Shown here one piece after another: positions 20,937 to 32,412 of a stretch of 64,000 nt of DNA (the stretch's first letter is position 1; every line of letters starts with the position of its first letter). Where the stretch lies: assembly GCA_041589175.1 (NCBI GenBank), contig JBFHWF010000005.1, positions 2,555-66,554 of the forward strand, in the 5' to 3' direction. Source of the DNA: Gammaproteobacteria bacterium (GTDB taxonomy: Bacteria; Pseudomonadota; Gammaproteobacteria; SZUA-229). The position numbers and the translations under genes were made by a program. The notes under the pieces were generated by a model. The model searched no databases. It had not been told where the DNA came from and saw only the letters and a list, made by a program, of their open reading frames with translations.

Positions 20937-22910
20937 TTAGAGTACAGACTCAACTGCTTTAACAACATTCTCAACAGTGAAGCCAAATTCTTTGAACAGC
21001 TCACCTGCAGGTGCAGACTCACCGAAGTGGTCAATACCTACAACCGCATCCGCATACTTGTACCACAGCGCAGTCGCAGCAGCTTCAACGGCAACTGTTG
21101 GCACACCCGCTGTCAGGACAGATGCACGGTAGCTATCGTCCTGCGCTTCGAAACGATCAACAGCAGGCATAGATACAACACGAATCTTCTTGCCAGACAT
21201 CGCTTCTGCAGCGCCTGTTGCCAGTGCAACTTCAGAACCCGTTGCAATAATGATTGCATCCGGCGTGCCGTCGCAGTCTTTCAGGATGTAACCACCCTTA
21301 GCAATTGCAGCGATCTGTGCATCAGTACGCTCCTGGTGAGGCAGACCCTGACGCGAGAAGATCAGACAAGACGGACCGTCTTTACGCTCAATCGCCTGCT
21401 GCCATGACACGGCCGATTCAACCGCATCACAAGGACGCCATACTGACATGTTTGGAATCAGACGCATGGTTGGGATTTGCTCGATTGGCTGGTGAGTCGG
21501 ACCATCTTCACCCAGACCGATTGAATCGTGCGTGTAAACGAAGATGCTCTGAATCTTCATCAGCGCCGCCATACGCAGTGCGTTACGCGCGTACTCAGAG
21601 AACATCAGGAAGGTTGCACCGAAAGGAATCAGACCGCCATGCAGCGCGATACCATTCATGATTGCAGACATACCAAACTCACGCACACCATAGCGAACGT
21701 AGTTAGCTTCTTCGTTGGCATCCATTGGCTTGTAACCAGACCATTCAGTCAGGTTTGAACAACCCAGGTCAGCTGAACCACCAAACAGTTCTGGAACCAT
21801 TGGCGAGTAGTTTTCGATAGACGCTAATGATGCCTGACGCGTCGCAGGACTTTTCGCTTCTGCATTAACAGACGCGATATAGTCAGCCGACTTCTGCGCC
21901 CAGTCAGCAGGCAGATCGCCAGCAACACGACGCTCGAACTCAGCCGCCAGCTCTGGGAATTCTGCTTTATATGCCGCGAACTTTTCATTCCATGCGGCTT
22001 CTGCAGCTTTGCCTTTTTCTTTCGCATCCCAACCCTGGTAAACAGACTCAGGCACTTCGAAAGCACCATGATCCCAACCCAGCGCAGCTTTAGTCAGGTT
22101 AATTTCTTCATCACCTAATGGTGCACCGTGACAGGCATGAGAACCCGCCTTGTTTGGCGAACCAAAACCGATGGTTGTCTTACAACAGATCAGCGTAGGC
22201 TTGTCAGTCATTGCCTTCGCCATTTCAGTGGCTTTAGCAATCGCTTCAGGATCATGACCATCAACGTCTGCAATCACATGCCAGCCGTAAGCTTCGAAAC
22301 GCGCAGGCGTATTATCCGTGAACCAGCCTTCAACGTGGCCATCGATAGAGATGCCGTTATCATCCCAGTAAGCGATCAGCTTGCCCAGACCTAAAGTACC
22401 GGCCAGTGAACACGCCTCATGCGAGATACCTTCCATTAAACAGCCGTCACCCAGGAATACATAGGTATTATGGTCAACGATAGTGTGACCTTTCTGGTTG
22501 AACTTGCCAGCCATTGCCTTTTCGGCGATCGCCATACCAACTGCATTTGTAATACCCTGACCCAGTGGGCCGGTAGTAGTTTCTACACCTGGCGCATAGC
22601 CATATTCAGGATGACCTGGTGTTTTAGAGTGCAGTTGACGGAACTGCTTCAGATCATCAATAGACAGATCGTAACCTGTCAGGTGAAGCAGTGAGTAAAT
22701 CAGCATAGAGCCATGACCATTAGAAAGAACGAAGCGATCACGATCTGCCCACTTGGGATTAGTCGGGTTGTGCTTCATGTGGTCGTTCCACAATACTTCT
22801 GCAATATCTGCCATACCCATAGGCGCACCTGGGTGACCAGAATTAGCTTTTTGCACTGCATCCATACTTAAAGCACGGACCGCATTCGCAAGCTCTCTGC
22901 GTGATGACAT
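20937..22910 (-). CDS. tkt: transketolase
   Basis: 657 aa containing ...[16 protein letters not shown]...[12 protein letters not shown]...[16 protein letters not shown]... Confidence 0.97.
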   Translation of the reverse strand: MSSRRELANAVRALSMDAVQKANSGHPGAPMGMADIAEVLWNDHMKHNPTNPKWADRDRFVLSNGHGSMLIYSLLHLTGYDLSIDDLKQFRQLHSKTPGHPEYGYAPGVETTTGPLGQGITNAVGMAIAEKAMAGKFNQKGHTIVDHNTYVFLGDGCLMEGISHEACSLAGTLGLGKLIAYWDDNGISIDGHVEGWFTDNTPARFEAYGWHVIADVDGHDPEAIAKATEMAKAMTDKPTLICCKTTIGFGSPNKAGSHACHGAPLGDEEINLTKAALGWDHGAFEVPESVYQGWDAKEKGKAAEAAWNEKFAAYKAEFPELAAEFERRVAGDLPADWAQKSADYIASVNAEAKSPATRQASLASIENYSPMVPELFGGSADLGCSNLTEWSGYKPMDANEEANYVRYGVREFGMSAIMNGIALHGGLIPFGATFLMFSEYARNALRMAALMKIQSIFVYTHDSIGLGEDGPTHQPIEQIPTMRLIPNMSVWRPCDAVESAVSWQQAIERKDGPSCLIFSRQGLPHQERTDAQIAAIAKGGYILKDCDGTPDAIIIATGSEVALATGAAEAMSGKKIRVVSMPAVDRFEAQDDSYRASVLTAGVPTVAVEAAATALWYKYADAVVGIDHFGESAPAGELFKEFGFTVENVVKAVESVL

Positions 22911-23324
22911 AGGATATCTCCAATCAAGTTTTTTAAAATTTGCACCGTTGTGACGGCTTTCGCCGAGCCCACACAGCGGCAGGAATTCTGTTAATCAGTT
23001 CACTGTTTTTGTGTGCACAAAACAGCAGGGTATACCTACCCACTCTTAAGTAAAGGGGCGCTATTTTCCCTCACTTCGGCCAATTCGGCAACTTTAATCC
23101 TTGAGACAGATCAGCCAAATCGCCCATCGAAACACATGGCCAGCGCACGTTCAGCACTTATGCCAAGCCACTATATTCTTATTTTTCAGAAACTTAGAAA
23201 GCTGTGCGCGGCATCATCAATACCCGGTCCAAGCGTTTTTTATACCCAGATAAAAACAATCGCATTCTGATTATTTTTTAACCAGCATCACCAGACAGCC
23301 CTTGCACAGCGAGCCGTCATCGCC

Positions 23325-23885
23325 TCATGCGCCTTCTTTCCATTTAATCGAGCACCCCATACTTGGAATCTGCTCTTCTGGCCCCTTCCCGGTCTGCGCA
23401 ACCTGCCTCATCGCCTCAAACAGATCACGACGCACATCAGCAGACGCGGCCTCCTTACGACTTTCATCGAGACGCCCCCGGTACTGCAACTTGAGTTCAC
23501 TGTTATAACCGAAGAAATCAGGCGTACACACCGCACCATAGGCTTTTGCTACCTGCTGGCTCTCATCTAGCAGGTAAGGAAAATCAAACCCCGACGCCTG
23601 CGCAATCTTCTGCATATTTTCGAACGAGTCTTCCTCATACTCCGTCGGATCATTGGACATAATTGCCACCGTATTCACGCCCAGCGCTTTCAGCTCATTC
23701 GTATCCCTCACGATACGGTCACGAATTGCCTTCACATACGGGCAGTGATTACAGATAAACATCACCAGCAGGCCGTTTTCCCCCTTACACTCCTGCAGGT
23801 TCCAGGTTTTACCATCGACCCCCGGCAGCTCGAAGTCGATGGCTGGAAGGTCAAACTCGCACACGGGCGTCTGCAAACTCACCAT
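23325..23885 (-). CDS. thioredoxin-fold redoxin (AhpC/TSA-like) protein
   Basis: Taken from ATG 23885 (RBS GAGGGG 8 nt upstream; the ORF-track start at 23969 is an extension). CxxC-type site in ...FICNHCPYV..., with a bacterial redoxin-like layout. Confidence 0.75.
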   Translation of the reverse strand: MVSLQTPVCEFDLPAIDFELPGVDGKTWNLQECKGENGLLVMFICNHCPYVKAIRDRIVRDTNELKALGVNTVAIMSNDPTEYEEDSFENMQKIAQASGFDFPYLLDESQQVAKAYGAVCTPDFFGYNSELKLQYRGRLDESRKEAASADVRRDLFEAMRQVAQTGKGPEEQIPSMGCSIKWKEGA

Positions 23886-24151
23886 ATTGATACCCCTCAG
23901 AAATAAATCGTCATTCGGCCAGCTACCATGCCACCAAGCACCTGTCTGCGCAATTCCTTTTCCAGCCATCCGCCACGAATGCGCCGCCTGGCATGGAACC
24001 CGCCTTCACCGCAACGGTCTTACCGTATATCGCATTAGTTATATTTATGATGGCATGACTAAATTATCTTTATGATATGTATAGCTACAGGCCGCCATGC
24101 ATGCTAAAATGAGTGGTTCAGTTTTGAATTCTTGAAACTTTGTGGATAACC

Positions 24152-26035
<1,884 letters not shown>

Positions 26036-26046
26036 TCTTGTCTCAT

Positions 26047-26082
26047 AAAAACAGACGCTTATAATAGGCGTCTGTTTTTTTA
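26047..26082 (+). terminator. rpoD intrinsic terminator
   Basis: ACAGACGC-TTATAATAG-GCGTCTGT followed by T7. Confidence 0.85.
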
Positions 26083-26112
26083 TTGGGTTTTACTTTCCCT
26101 TTAAATATATAC

Positions 26113-26189
26113 GGGCCCGTAGCTCAGTTGGTTAGAGCGTCCGACTCATAATCGGCAGGTCGAAGGTTCAAGTCCTTCCGGGCCCACCA
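26113..26189 (+). tRNA. ileX: tRNA with CAU anticodon, most likely tRNA-Ile2 (lysidine-modified); elongator tRNA-Met not excluded
   Basis: 77-nt cloverleaf: acceptor GGGCCCG/CGGGCCC, D-arm GCTCAGTTGGTTAGAGC, anticodon loop CTCATAA, T-arm GAAGGTTCAAGTCCTTC, encoded CCA. It resembles E. coli ileX (GGCCCC..., CGACTCATAATCG, GGTTCAAGTCC) and lies just downstream of rpoD, as ileX does in E. coli. Confidence 0.9.
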
Positions 26190-26315
26190 TCTTCTTCCTG
26201 ATTCATTACTTTCTCAGACACCCCATACCTCAAATGCGCTTCGCGTTTGTATGCCTTCGGCAGTTCTCTTTGCGCATCCTGCTGGCACGCAAGCCATATG
26301 CCATTTATAAAACCA

Positions 26316-27323
26316 TCACTCCTGAGCCAACCCCATGGGGATATCATTGGTAACAATAGCGTCTACACCAAATGAAGTGTTCAACTGCCATTCACTCTCG
26401 GTATCAACCGTGTATGACAGCACCTTAAAGCCCGATGCCTGTAATTGCTGAACCAAATACGCTGCACTACCTGCATTCATCTGCTCTACCTGATAAAGCA
26501 TCAGCTTGTCGATGGTTAAAAACTGTGTACCTAGATGAAATGCCACACCCGTATACTCATCGAATGATGCATAACCCGGCAAGCGAAAGAGCGCACCGAT
26601 TTCAGCCCACTGCAACCCAAACCCCGCCTGCTTGTCAATATAGTTAACAACAAGACCTGTCGCCGCCTGAATTTCTGCCGCCGATAGCAACTGTAATACA
26701 TTTAAGCTGAGATTACGTTTTAATTCCACCGCGTCAGTTGAAAACAATCCCAGCAAGGCGGGTGAAAAACTTTCAATAATAACCTGCTGCTGCATACCTG
26801 TTTTTGTTACCGCATCAACAACGGATGCAACAAGGGACATCTCTCCCGCATCATTAGGGTCGCATAATGGCGATGGTGTTTTAACTTCTATATTAACAAG
26901 GCCGCTTATATTCTCGCTCTTGCGTGCATATTTTTTTGCTTTTCGTAATAGCTGTGATAATTTTGAAACATGCGGAAGTCGCTGCTTTAGCGCATCATAA
27001 CTCAGCGTATTTACACAGGTATAATCACTTAAGTAGTCATCATGCATTACGACCGCTTTACCGTCAGACGTAACGGTTACATCGATTTCGACAATCGGCA
27101 CACCTTCATCGAACGCACGCAACACTGATTCAACTGTATTTTCAATCGGCTTATCTGGAATATCGCCAGTGTTTTCGCCATAGCCGCGATGCCCCATCAC
27201 AAATGGTTTATCAGCAGAAGACAGCAGGTCATCCACCGTCCAGTACGCAACTTTGGATTGCGCACCCGCATTACCGAAAACCACCAGGCCAGCGAACAAC
27301 AATACAACGTTAATAATTTTCAT
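26316..27323 (-). CDS. secreted glycerophosphodiester phosphodiesterase family protein
   Basis: Taken from ATG 27323 (RBS AAGGAA; the ORF-track start at 27461 is an extension). Signal peptide MKIINVVLLFAGLVVFGNAGA, and GDPD motifs HRG...ENT...VEIDV...VVMHDD. Confidence 0.8.
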   Translation of the reverse strand: MKIINVVLLFAGLVVFGNAGAQSKVAYWTVDDLLSSADKPFVMGHRGYGENTGDIPDKPIENTVESVLRAFDEGVPIVEIDVTVTSDGKAVVMHDDYLSDYTCVNTLSYDALKQRLPHVSKLSQLLRKAKKYARKSENISGLVNIEVKTPSPLCDPNDAGEMSLVASVVDAVTKTGMQQQVIIESFSPALLGLFSTDAVELKRNLSLNVLQLLSAAEIQAATGLVVNYIDKQAGFGLQWAEIGALFRLPGYASFDEYTGVAFHLGTQFLTIDKLMLYQVEQMNAGSAAYLVQQLQASGFKVLSYTVDTESEWQLNTSFGVDAIVTNDIPMGLAQE

Positions 27324-27788
27324 AAATACATTCCTTTGTTTGTGAACTTCTTTCGAGTGAGAATAAGTAATAAATCCGTTCCAAAATGTAACAGCGAACT
27401 CTCGATACAACAATAGAAAAATCACCTGTTTTTCTGACAGATTAACAGGCACAGCACTCACGACATTAAATTATAATGATATGTTAATGCCGATTTCGCA
27501 CCAATGACACATTGGCAAACTTCGCCGACAGACATAAAAACACACCCACTGTTACTGACAAGCGCAGTCAATTCCTAAAAGTGCACGACTCCAGACAACC
27601 CTGCAAGTCACATATAGAAACACGCACTCAATTAATCATTGTCAACTAAATGACTTCTAATTGACTGGAACAGTCACTGGCTGGCACTTTCAATACTATA
27701 CTCATCTATGAATGAAAGTGTATCGTTACACACCCCTATTCAGTAGAACCCCGGTGAGAATCACTGATTTCGATCTGACGAGTTAGTT

Positions 27789-29393
27789 ATGCATGAAAGT
27801 ACCTTAGCCAGCCTGTTTAAGCACAGGCATGCTCTAGCTGCTCTGGTAATTTTTGCGGGCATCTCTGCCTGGCTGGCTTATTACATCCACACGGGGTCAA
27901 TTTCTCTTTACTCGGAAGCCGAAAGTGCGATAACCCAGATTCATCAAAAGCGATATGCCTTGTCTGAAATGACATCTGCCGCCAGGGAACGCTCGGTGAT
28001 CCTGCTTGAAATGTACATACTCGAAGATCCATTTGATCGCGACAGCCTAAGACTGGAAATGGATACTGAAGCTGCTCGATTTATTAAGTTCAGACAGGTA
28101 TTTCAAGAGTCAACACTAAGCAATGAAGAATCCCGGCTTTTTAGCCAGGCACTTGAATTAATATCAGACAATGTACCCATTCAGAAACAAACAGTAGAGC
28201 TTTTACTCGAAAACAGGATGGCCGATGCAGGTCAATTACTATTTGAGAAAGCGCTACCAAATCAAAGTCAAATTCTTGATAAGTTCAGTGAGATTCACCA
28301 TCTAATGGAAGCCAACTCTCTGAAAAAGGTAGCCAGCCTGAAAAACCACCTAAATAACACGAACAGAAACACCCTGCTACTCCTGGCTCTGGTTATCGGT
28401 GCGACTTTCATCGCCTTTACTTTTATTTACTCTCGCGCAAAAAACAGAGAAAGAGATCTACAAGGCCTTGTAAATGAACGAACTAGAGAATTAGAAAAAG
28501 CCCATAGACTTACACAATCGCTGGTCGAAAACTCTTCTGATGGAATCATAAGCATCAACAAAGATCAAAATATTGTTCTATTTAATCCTGCGGCCGAAAA
28601 GCTCTTTCAATACAGCGCAAGCGATATAGCGGGACAACACATATCAATTCTGCTACCAGATGAAGCACGAAATCAGCATCAGCAACATGTAACTGATTTT
28701 GGCAACGACCCACAGCACCAATCAAAAATGATGGATGCCAGGCCCGAAGTCATGGGCAAGCGACGTGACAACAGCCTGTTCCCGGCGGAAGTCAGCATAT
28801 GTAAGTCACAGATAGGGGACGAAACCTGCTACACAGCCTTTGTAAGAGACATAACAGAAAGAAGAGAAGCCGAAGCCGAAATTCGCCGCCTCGCCATGTC
28901 TGACAGCCTAACAGGGCTAGACAATAAGCATCATTTTCACAAGCAACTCGAAGATGCAGTTGCCTACCACAATCGCTATCCAGAACACAGATTTTCACTG
29001 CTCATGCTAGACCTGGATCTCTTCAAACAGGTAAATGATACTCATGGACATCTAATAGGTGACAAGCTGCTTCAACTGGTGTCAAACATTATAAGACGCA
29101 ATGTTCGCAATGCCGACCGTGTTGGTCGACTAGGTGGTGATGAATTCGCAATACTTTTAAATGAAGTCTGCAACGCATCTCAAGCCGCGGCCATTGCAGA
29201 AAAAATCATACATGAACTATCCCGACCCATAAATATAGATGGCAACGCCATTCAAATCGGCGCAAGCATTGGCATCGCCATATGCCCAACATCGGAAGTT
29301 ACAGCGGAAACATTGCTTAATAGCGCAGATAAAATGCTCTATAAATCCAAGAGCGCCGGAAGAAATACATATCGAATAGAAGACAGCAAATAG
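27789..29393 (+). CDS. sensor diguanylate cyclase (2 TM + helical periplasmic domain, PAS, GGDEF)
   Basis: 534 aa with a PAS segment (...SSDGIISINKDQNIVLFNPAAEKLF...) and a GGDEF domain with an intact RLGGDEFAILL. Confidence 0.88.
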   Translation: MHESTLASLFKHRHALAALVIFAGISAWLAYYIHTGSISLYSEAESAITQIHQKRYALSEMTSAARERSVILLEMYILEDPFDRDSLRLEMDTEAARFIKFRQVFQESTLSNEESRLFSQALELISDNVPIQKQTVELLLENRMADAGQLLFEKALPNQSQILDKFSEIHHLMEANSLKKVASLKNHLNNTNRNTLLLLALVIGATFIAFTFIYSRAKNRERDLQGLVNERTRELEKAHRLTQSLVENSSDGIISINKDQNIVLFNPAAEKLFQYSASDIAGQHISILLPDEARNQHQQHVTDFGNDPQHQSKMMDARPEVMGKRRDNSLFPAEVSICKSQIGDETCYTAFVRDITERREAEAEIRRLAMSDSLTGLDNKHHFHKQLEDAVAYHNRYPEHRFSLLMLDLDLFKQVNDTHGHLIGDKLLQLVSNIIRRNVRNADRVGRLGGDEFAILLNEVCNASQAAAIAEKIIHELSRPINIDGNAIQIGASIGIAICPTSEVTAETLLNSADKMLYKSKSAGRNTYRIEDSK

Positions 29394-29424
29394 ACTTTAA
29401 CATTTTTCATGTCGCATGCCGTCT

Positions 29425-30651
29425 TCATGGAGTTACTTTATCAGACTTTTTTTGCATCTTATTCAGCTGCTTCTCAACCCACTCAACCATCCTCTGATTA
29501 TCAGCTTTTCGATATATCTTTAACGCTCTTAGATATGCATTCCTCGCTTCCCTGCTCTGCCCTCTTTTGAGATGCAATGACGCATAATAATATTCCAGCT
29601 GCGCCAGCCTTGCCTGGCTATTGCTTTTAACAAGTAACATTTTTGCCTCATCATATATTTCTGCAGACTTTTCATAATCCCCCATCAACTCCTGGACCTT
29701 GCCAATCTCCATTTTAGCCATGCCGAGTCCACTGACTGAACCGCTCTTCACATAGTGGTACGCTGCATCTTCATAGTTCATAATCGAAACACCATACTCC
29801 TTCTCTTTTCTGTTGATGTTTCCCAGATTATAAAGACAATTAGCCGTACCATGATGGTCCCTCACTTCTCGATAATAGCCAAGAGCCTGCGTGTAGCTTT
29901 GCCTGCTTTTTTCAATTTCACCCATTGATTTATATAGATTACCAAGCACTTTACTGGCATGCCCAAGCCCTTTGGTTCTCCCTGTATTTTCATAAATCCT
30001 GAACGCATTATCCGCCGCTGCCACCCCTTTTTGATAATCCGATAATTTATAATATGACTCTGCAGCACTAAATAACGCATCTGCCCTGTGGCGGCTATCA
30101 CCATTTGAATACTCATTAATGATCCGTAAAGATGCGTCTAGAGACTTGCTGTAATCACCATTCGTATAATGTGCATCTGCAATCATACTTAGAATATATA
30201 CAAAACGGTTTTGAGTATGTTCACCATACTTCTGCATATAATCAATCGCTTTATTGCCATTTAAGACAACATCGTCATATCGTCTATCATACATATCAAG
30301 CGTCATCCTTAGCACATGTACTTTCGCTTTATTTCGATAGTCATTAGTACGTCTTTTTAAATCATATTCTGCAATCGAAATGTATGCCTGAGCTTTCTTA
30401 TATTCTCTACGTTTAAATATCAGCTCACCGGCGATAAAGACTGCATAATCGATTTTTTCATCTGACGAGACATTATTCTTCATAAACGTCCTGATGTTAT
30501 TTTCTGGCAATGCCAGCAATTCATCGACCAGCTGTTTATCTGGCTGCCATACTTTCTGCGCCTGTGATGAACTAATGAAGATTAATAATAGAACCAGGGA
30601 AACCCTGGCAACATTTACCGGGGTTACTGCACATCTCATAAAGCCGCTCAT
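29425..30651 (-). CDS. exported tetratricopeptide-repeat protein
   Basis: 408 aa with a signal-like N-terminus and repeated TPR-like helix pairs (...YTQALGYYREV..., ...AEIYDEAKMLL..., ...ARNAYLRALKIYRKA...). Confidence 0.7.
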   Translation of the reverse strand: MSGFMRCAVTPVNVARVSLVLLLIFISSSQAQKVWQPDKQLVDELLALPENNIRTFMKNNVSSDEKIDYAVFIAGELIFKRREYKKAQAYISIAEYDLKRRTNDYRNKAKVHVLRMTLDMYDRRYDDVVLNGNKAIDYMQKYGEHTQNRFVYILSMIADAHYTNGDYSKSLDASLRIINEYSNGDSRHRADALFSAAESYYKLSDYQKGVAAADNAFRIYENTGRTKGLGHASKVLGNLYKSMGEIEKSRQSYTQALGYYREVRDHHGTANCLYNLGNINRKEKEYGVSIMNYEDAAYHYVKSGSVSGLGMAKMEIGKVQELMGDYEKSAEIYDEAKMLLVKSNSQARLAQLEYYYASLHLKRGQSREARNAYLRALKIYRKADNQRMVEWVEKQLNKMQKKSDKVTP

Positions 30652-30739
30652 CCATGACTCCTGTTATTGTTATTCATGTCATGCCTTAATAATTCAATGG
30701 CAAGACGATACTGGAAATTTTTATAATGTCACAACAGCT

Positions 30740-31507
30740 TTAGCAGCTGACTTTATACATGCTAACCCTGTAAACATAATACAGAAATGAGAAACAGGCT
30801 AGTGACCAGACTATGAGTGGAGCTGCTGGCAAATTAGCAAACAGCGATACAATCAAACCTGATAAGTATGCAAGAAAACCAATAATACAGGCTACAAATT
30901 CGGCACGACGTCCCGTAAGATTTTTAACTGCAAGCGCAGGAATAATAAGGCTTGCAAACACAAGATACACACCTACCAGCTGAACCGATGCGGTCACTGC
31001 AATCGAAAATACAAGATAAAACCCTATGCCTCGAATATAGCTTGATGCAAACCGCCATAGTAACAGCACAATTCCAAATAGTACGGCTGCTGGTATCAGT
31101 TGATCCAGTCGAACCCAGAGTATCTGCCCCAGTAACAGGTCATGTAGATATTCTGCACCATGCGCATGATTCGCCAGTATCAACATTGTGGCGCTCGCCG
31201 CCAGTACAAATGTGGCACCTATAATTGCCTCCTGTATTTCCGGCCAGCGACGCTCTGTCATCAACAGTATCGTTCCACCTATCAACGCGCTGATTCCGGC
31301 CGACACCTGCACACCGTAACCACCCAGGTTCACATCCATTATTTGCGCAACAACAACACCAAGGCCTGCTATTTGCGCTATCGCGAGATCAATAAAGATA
31401 ATACCTCGCTTAAGCACTTCACGCCCCAGAGGCACATGGGTCAAAACAACCATGATACCAGCTAGTAGTGGCGCGATAATAATCTGAAAATTATCAATAT
31501 CCATCAA
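30740..31507 (-). CDS. metal ABC transporter permease (ABC-3 / ZnuB-like)
   Basis: 255 aa, ~8 TM, N-terminus ...LLAGIMVVLTHVPLGREVLKRGIIFIDLAIAQIAGLG, typical of ZnuB/MntB-type permeases. It overlaps the upstream gene by 4 nt. Confidence 0.8.
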   Translation of the reverse strand: MMDIDNFQIIIAPLLAGIMVVLTHVPLGREVLKRGIIFIDLAIAQIAGLGVVVAQIMDVNLGGYGVQVSAGISALIGGTILLMTERRWPEIQEAIIGATFVLAASATMLILANHAHGAEYLHDLLLGQILWVRLDQLIPAAVLFGIVLLLWRFASSYIRGIGFYLVFSIAVTASVQLVGVYLVFASLIIPALAVKNLTGRRAEFVACIIGFLAYLSGLIVSLFANLPAAPLIVWSLACFSFLYYVYRVSMYKVSC

Positions 31508-32403
31508 TCAGCATACTTTAATAATGAGCTGATGGTTTCATCGAACAGCGCAAACAGGTCCTTTGCCTGTTCACTCCCTCCTACAGTAAAGGGTAGTGCC
31601 AGTGTCGGCAATCCAGTTTCTTCACTTAGCCATTCAGACGCACGCGGGGACTGGTAAGCTGCTCGAATAATAAGTGTTGCTGGTTTCGACTTTAGCCCAT
31701 TTGTAATCTGCGCAAGATGGCTTGCTGACGGTGGCAGACCGGGCTTTGGTTCCAGCACGGCTACCTCCTCCAGGCCCAGCCAGTCGTTCATATACACCCA
31801 GCTTTTATGCTGCGTCACAACACGCATTCCTTTAAGCTTTCCTGCCATGACTTCCCATCGTTTTACAGCCTCCCGCCAGCGCTGTTCAAAGCTGTCCAAT
31901 CGTTGTCGATACCATTCTGCATTCTCATCATCCAGCATTACAAGCCTCTGTGTTAATGCCTGCGCAATGGGAATATAGTTTCGTGGATCTGTCTGTATAT
32001 GCGGATTACCGCTGGCATGTACATCACCTTCACTCCGATCCAGTGATGCCGGTATCTCTTTCATCTCTACGAATGAAGACACCTCCAGATAACCCCTCTG
32101 CCCCGGCAACACTTTTGAATTTCCCGCCTTACGTAGTAACAAAGGTAACCATGCTGCCTCCAGACTAGCCCCCGTGCAGATCACCAGATCTGCACGACGC
32201 ACTTTTGCAATAAGGTTTGGGCGAGCCATTACCTTATGCACATCCTGCAAGCCAGTTGTTGCGGAAAAGACATCCACCTTGTCCGACCCAATTTCACTGG
32301 CTAGTGCGGCCCATTCCGGTTCGCAACTAAAAATACGAAGCTGATCAGCATTCAACTGCCATGATGACATTAGTAAGCACAGTGCAAGCCATGCGTTTTT
32401 CAT
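31504..32403 (-). CDS. metal ABC transporter substrate-binding protein (ZnuA/TroA-like)
   Basis: 299 aa with a signal peptide. Metal-ligand-type segments ...SCEPEWAAL..., ...GDVHASGNPHIQTDP... and ...LEPKPGLPPSASHL... There is no long His-rich loop. Confidence 0.78.
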   Translation of the reverse strand: MKNAWLALCLLMSSWQLNADQLRIFSCEPEWAALASEIGSDKVDVFSATTGLQDVHKVMARPNLIAKVRRADLVICTGASLEAAWLPLLLRKAGNSKVLPGQRGYLEVSSFVEMKEIPASLDRSEGDVHASGNPHIQTDPRNYIPIAQALTQRLVMLDDENAEWYRQRLDSFEQRWREAVKRWEVMAGKLKGMRVVTQHKSWVYMNDWLGLEEVAVLEPKPGLPPSASHLAQITNGLKSKPATLIIRAAYQSPRASEWLSEETGLPTLALPFTVGGSEQAKDLFALFDETISSLLKYAD

Positions 32404-32412
32404 ACATTACTC

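Noticed and set aside
23013-23270. 85-aa plus-strand ORF in the tkt upstream region
   Set aside because: It has a non-ATG start inside a palindrome, no RBS, and no recognisable domain or hydrophobic pattern. I treat the region as regulatory or non-coding.
27324-27788. 465-nt gene-free spacer between the divergent GDPD and cyclase genes, examined for an sRNA or riboswitch
   Set aside because: It contains only short hairpins (CCAATG-ACA-CATTGG, CACTTTCA...TGAAAGTG) and no terminator, repeat pattern or conserved riboswitch core I can recognise. It is most simply two divergent promoters with leaders.
26190-30651. Genomic island integrated at the tRNA (GDPD, GGDEF sensor and TPR genes follow the tRNA)
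   Set aside because: There is no integrase or transposase, and I could not find a direct repeat of the tRNA 3' end downstream. The gene content is ordinary chromosomal.
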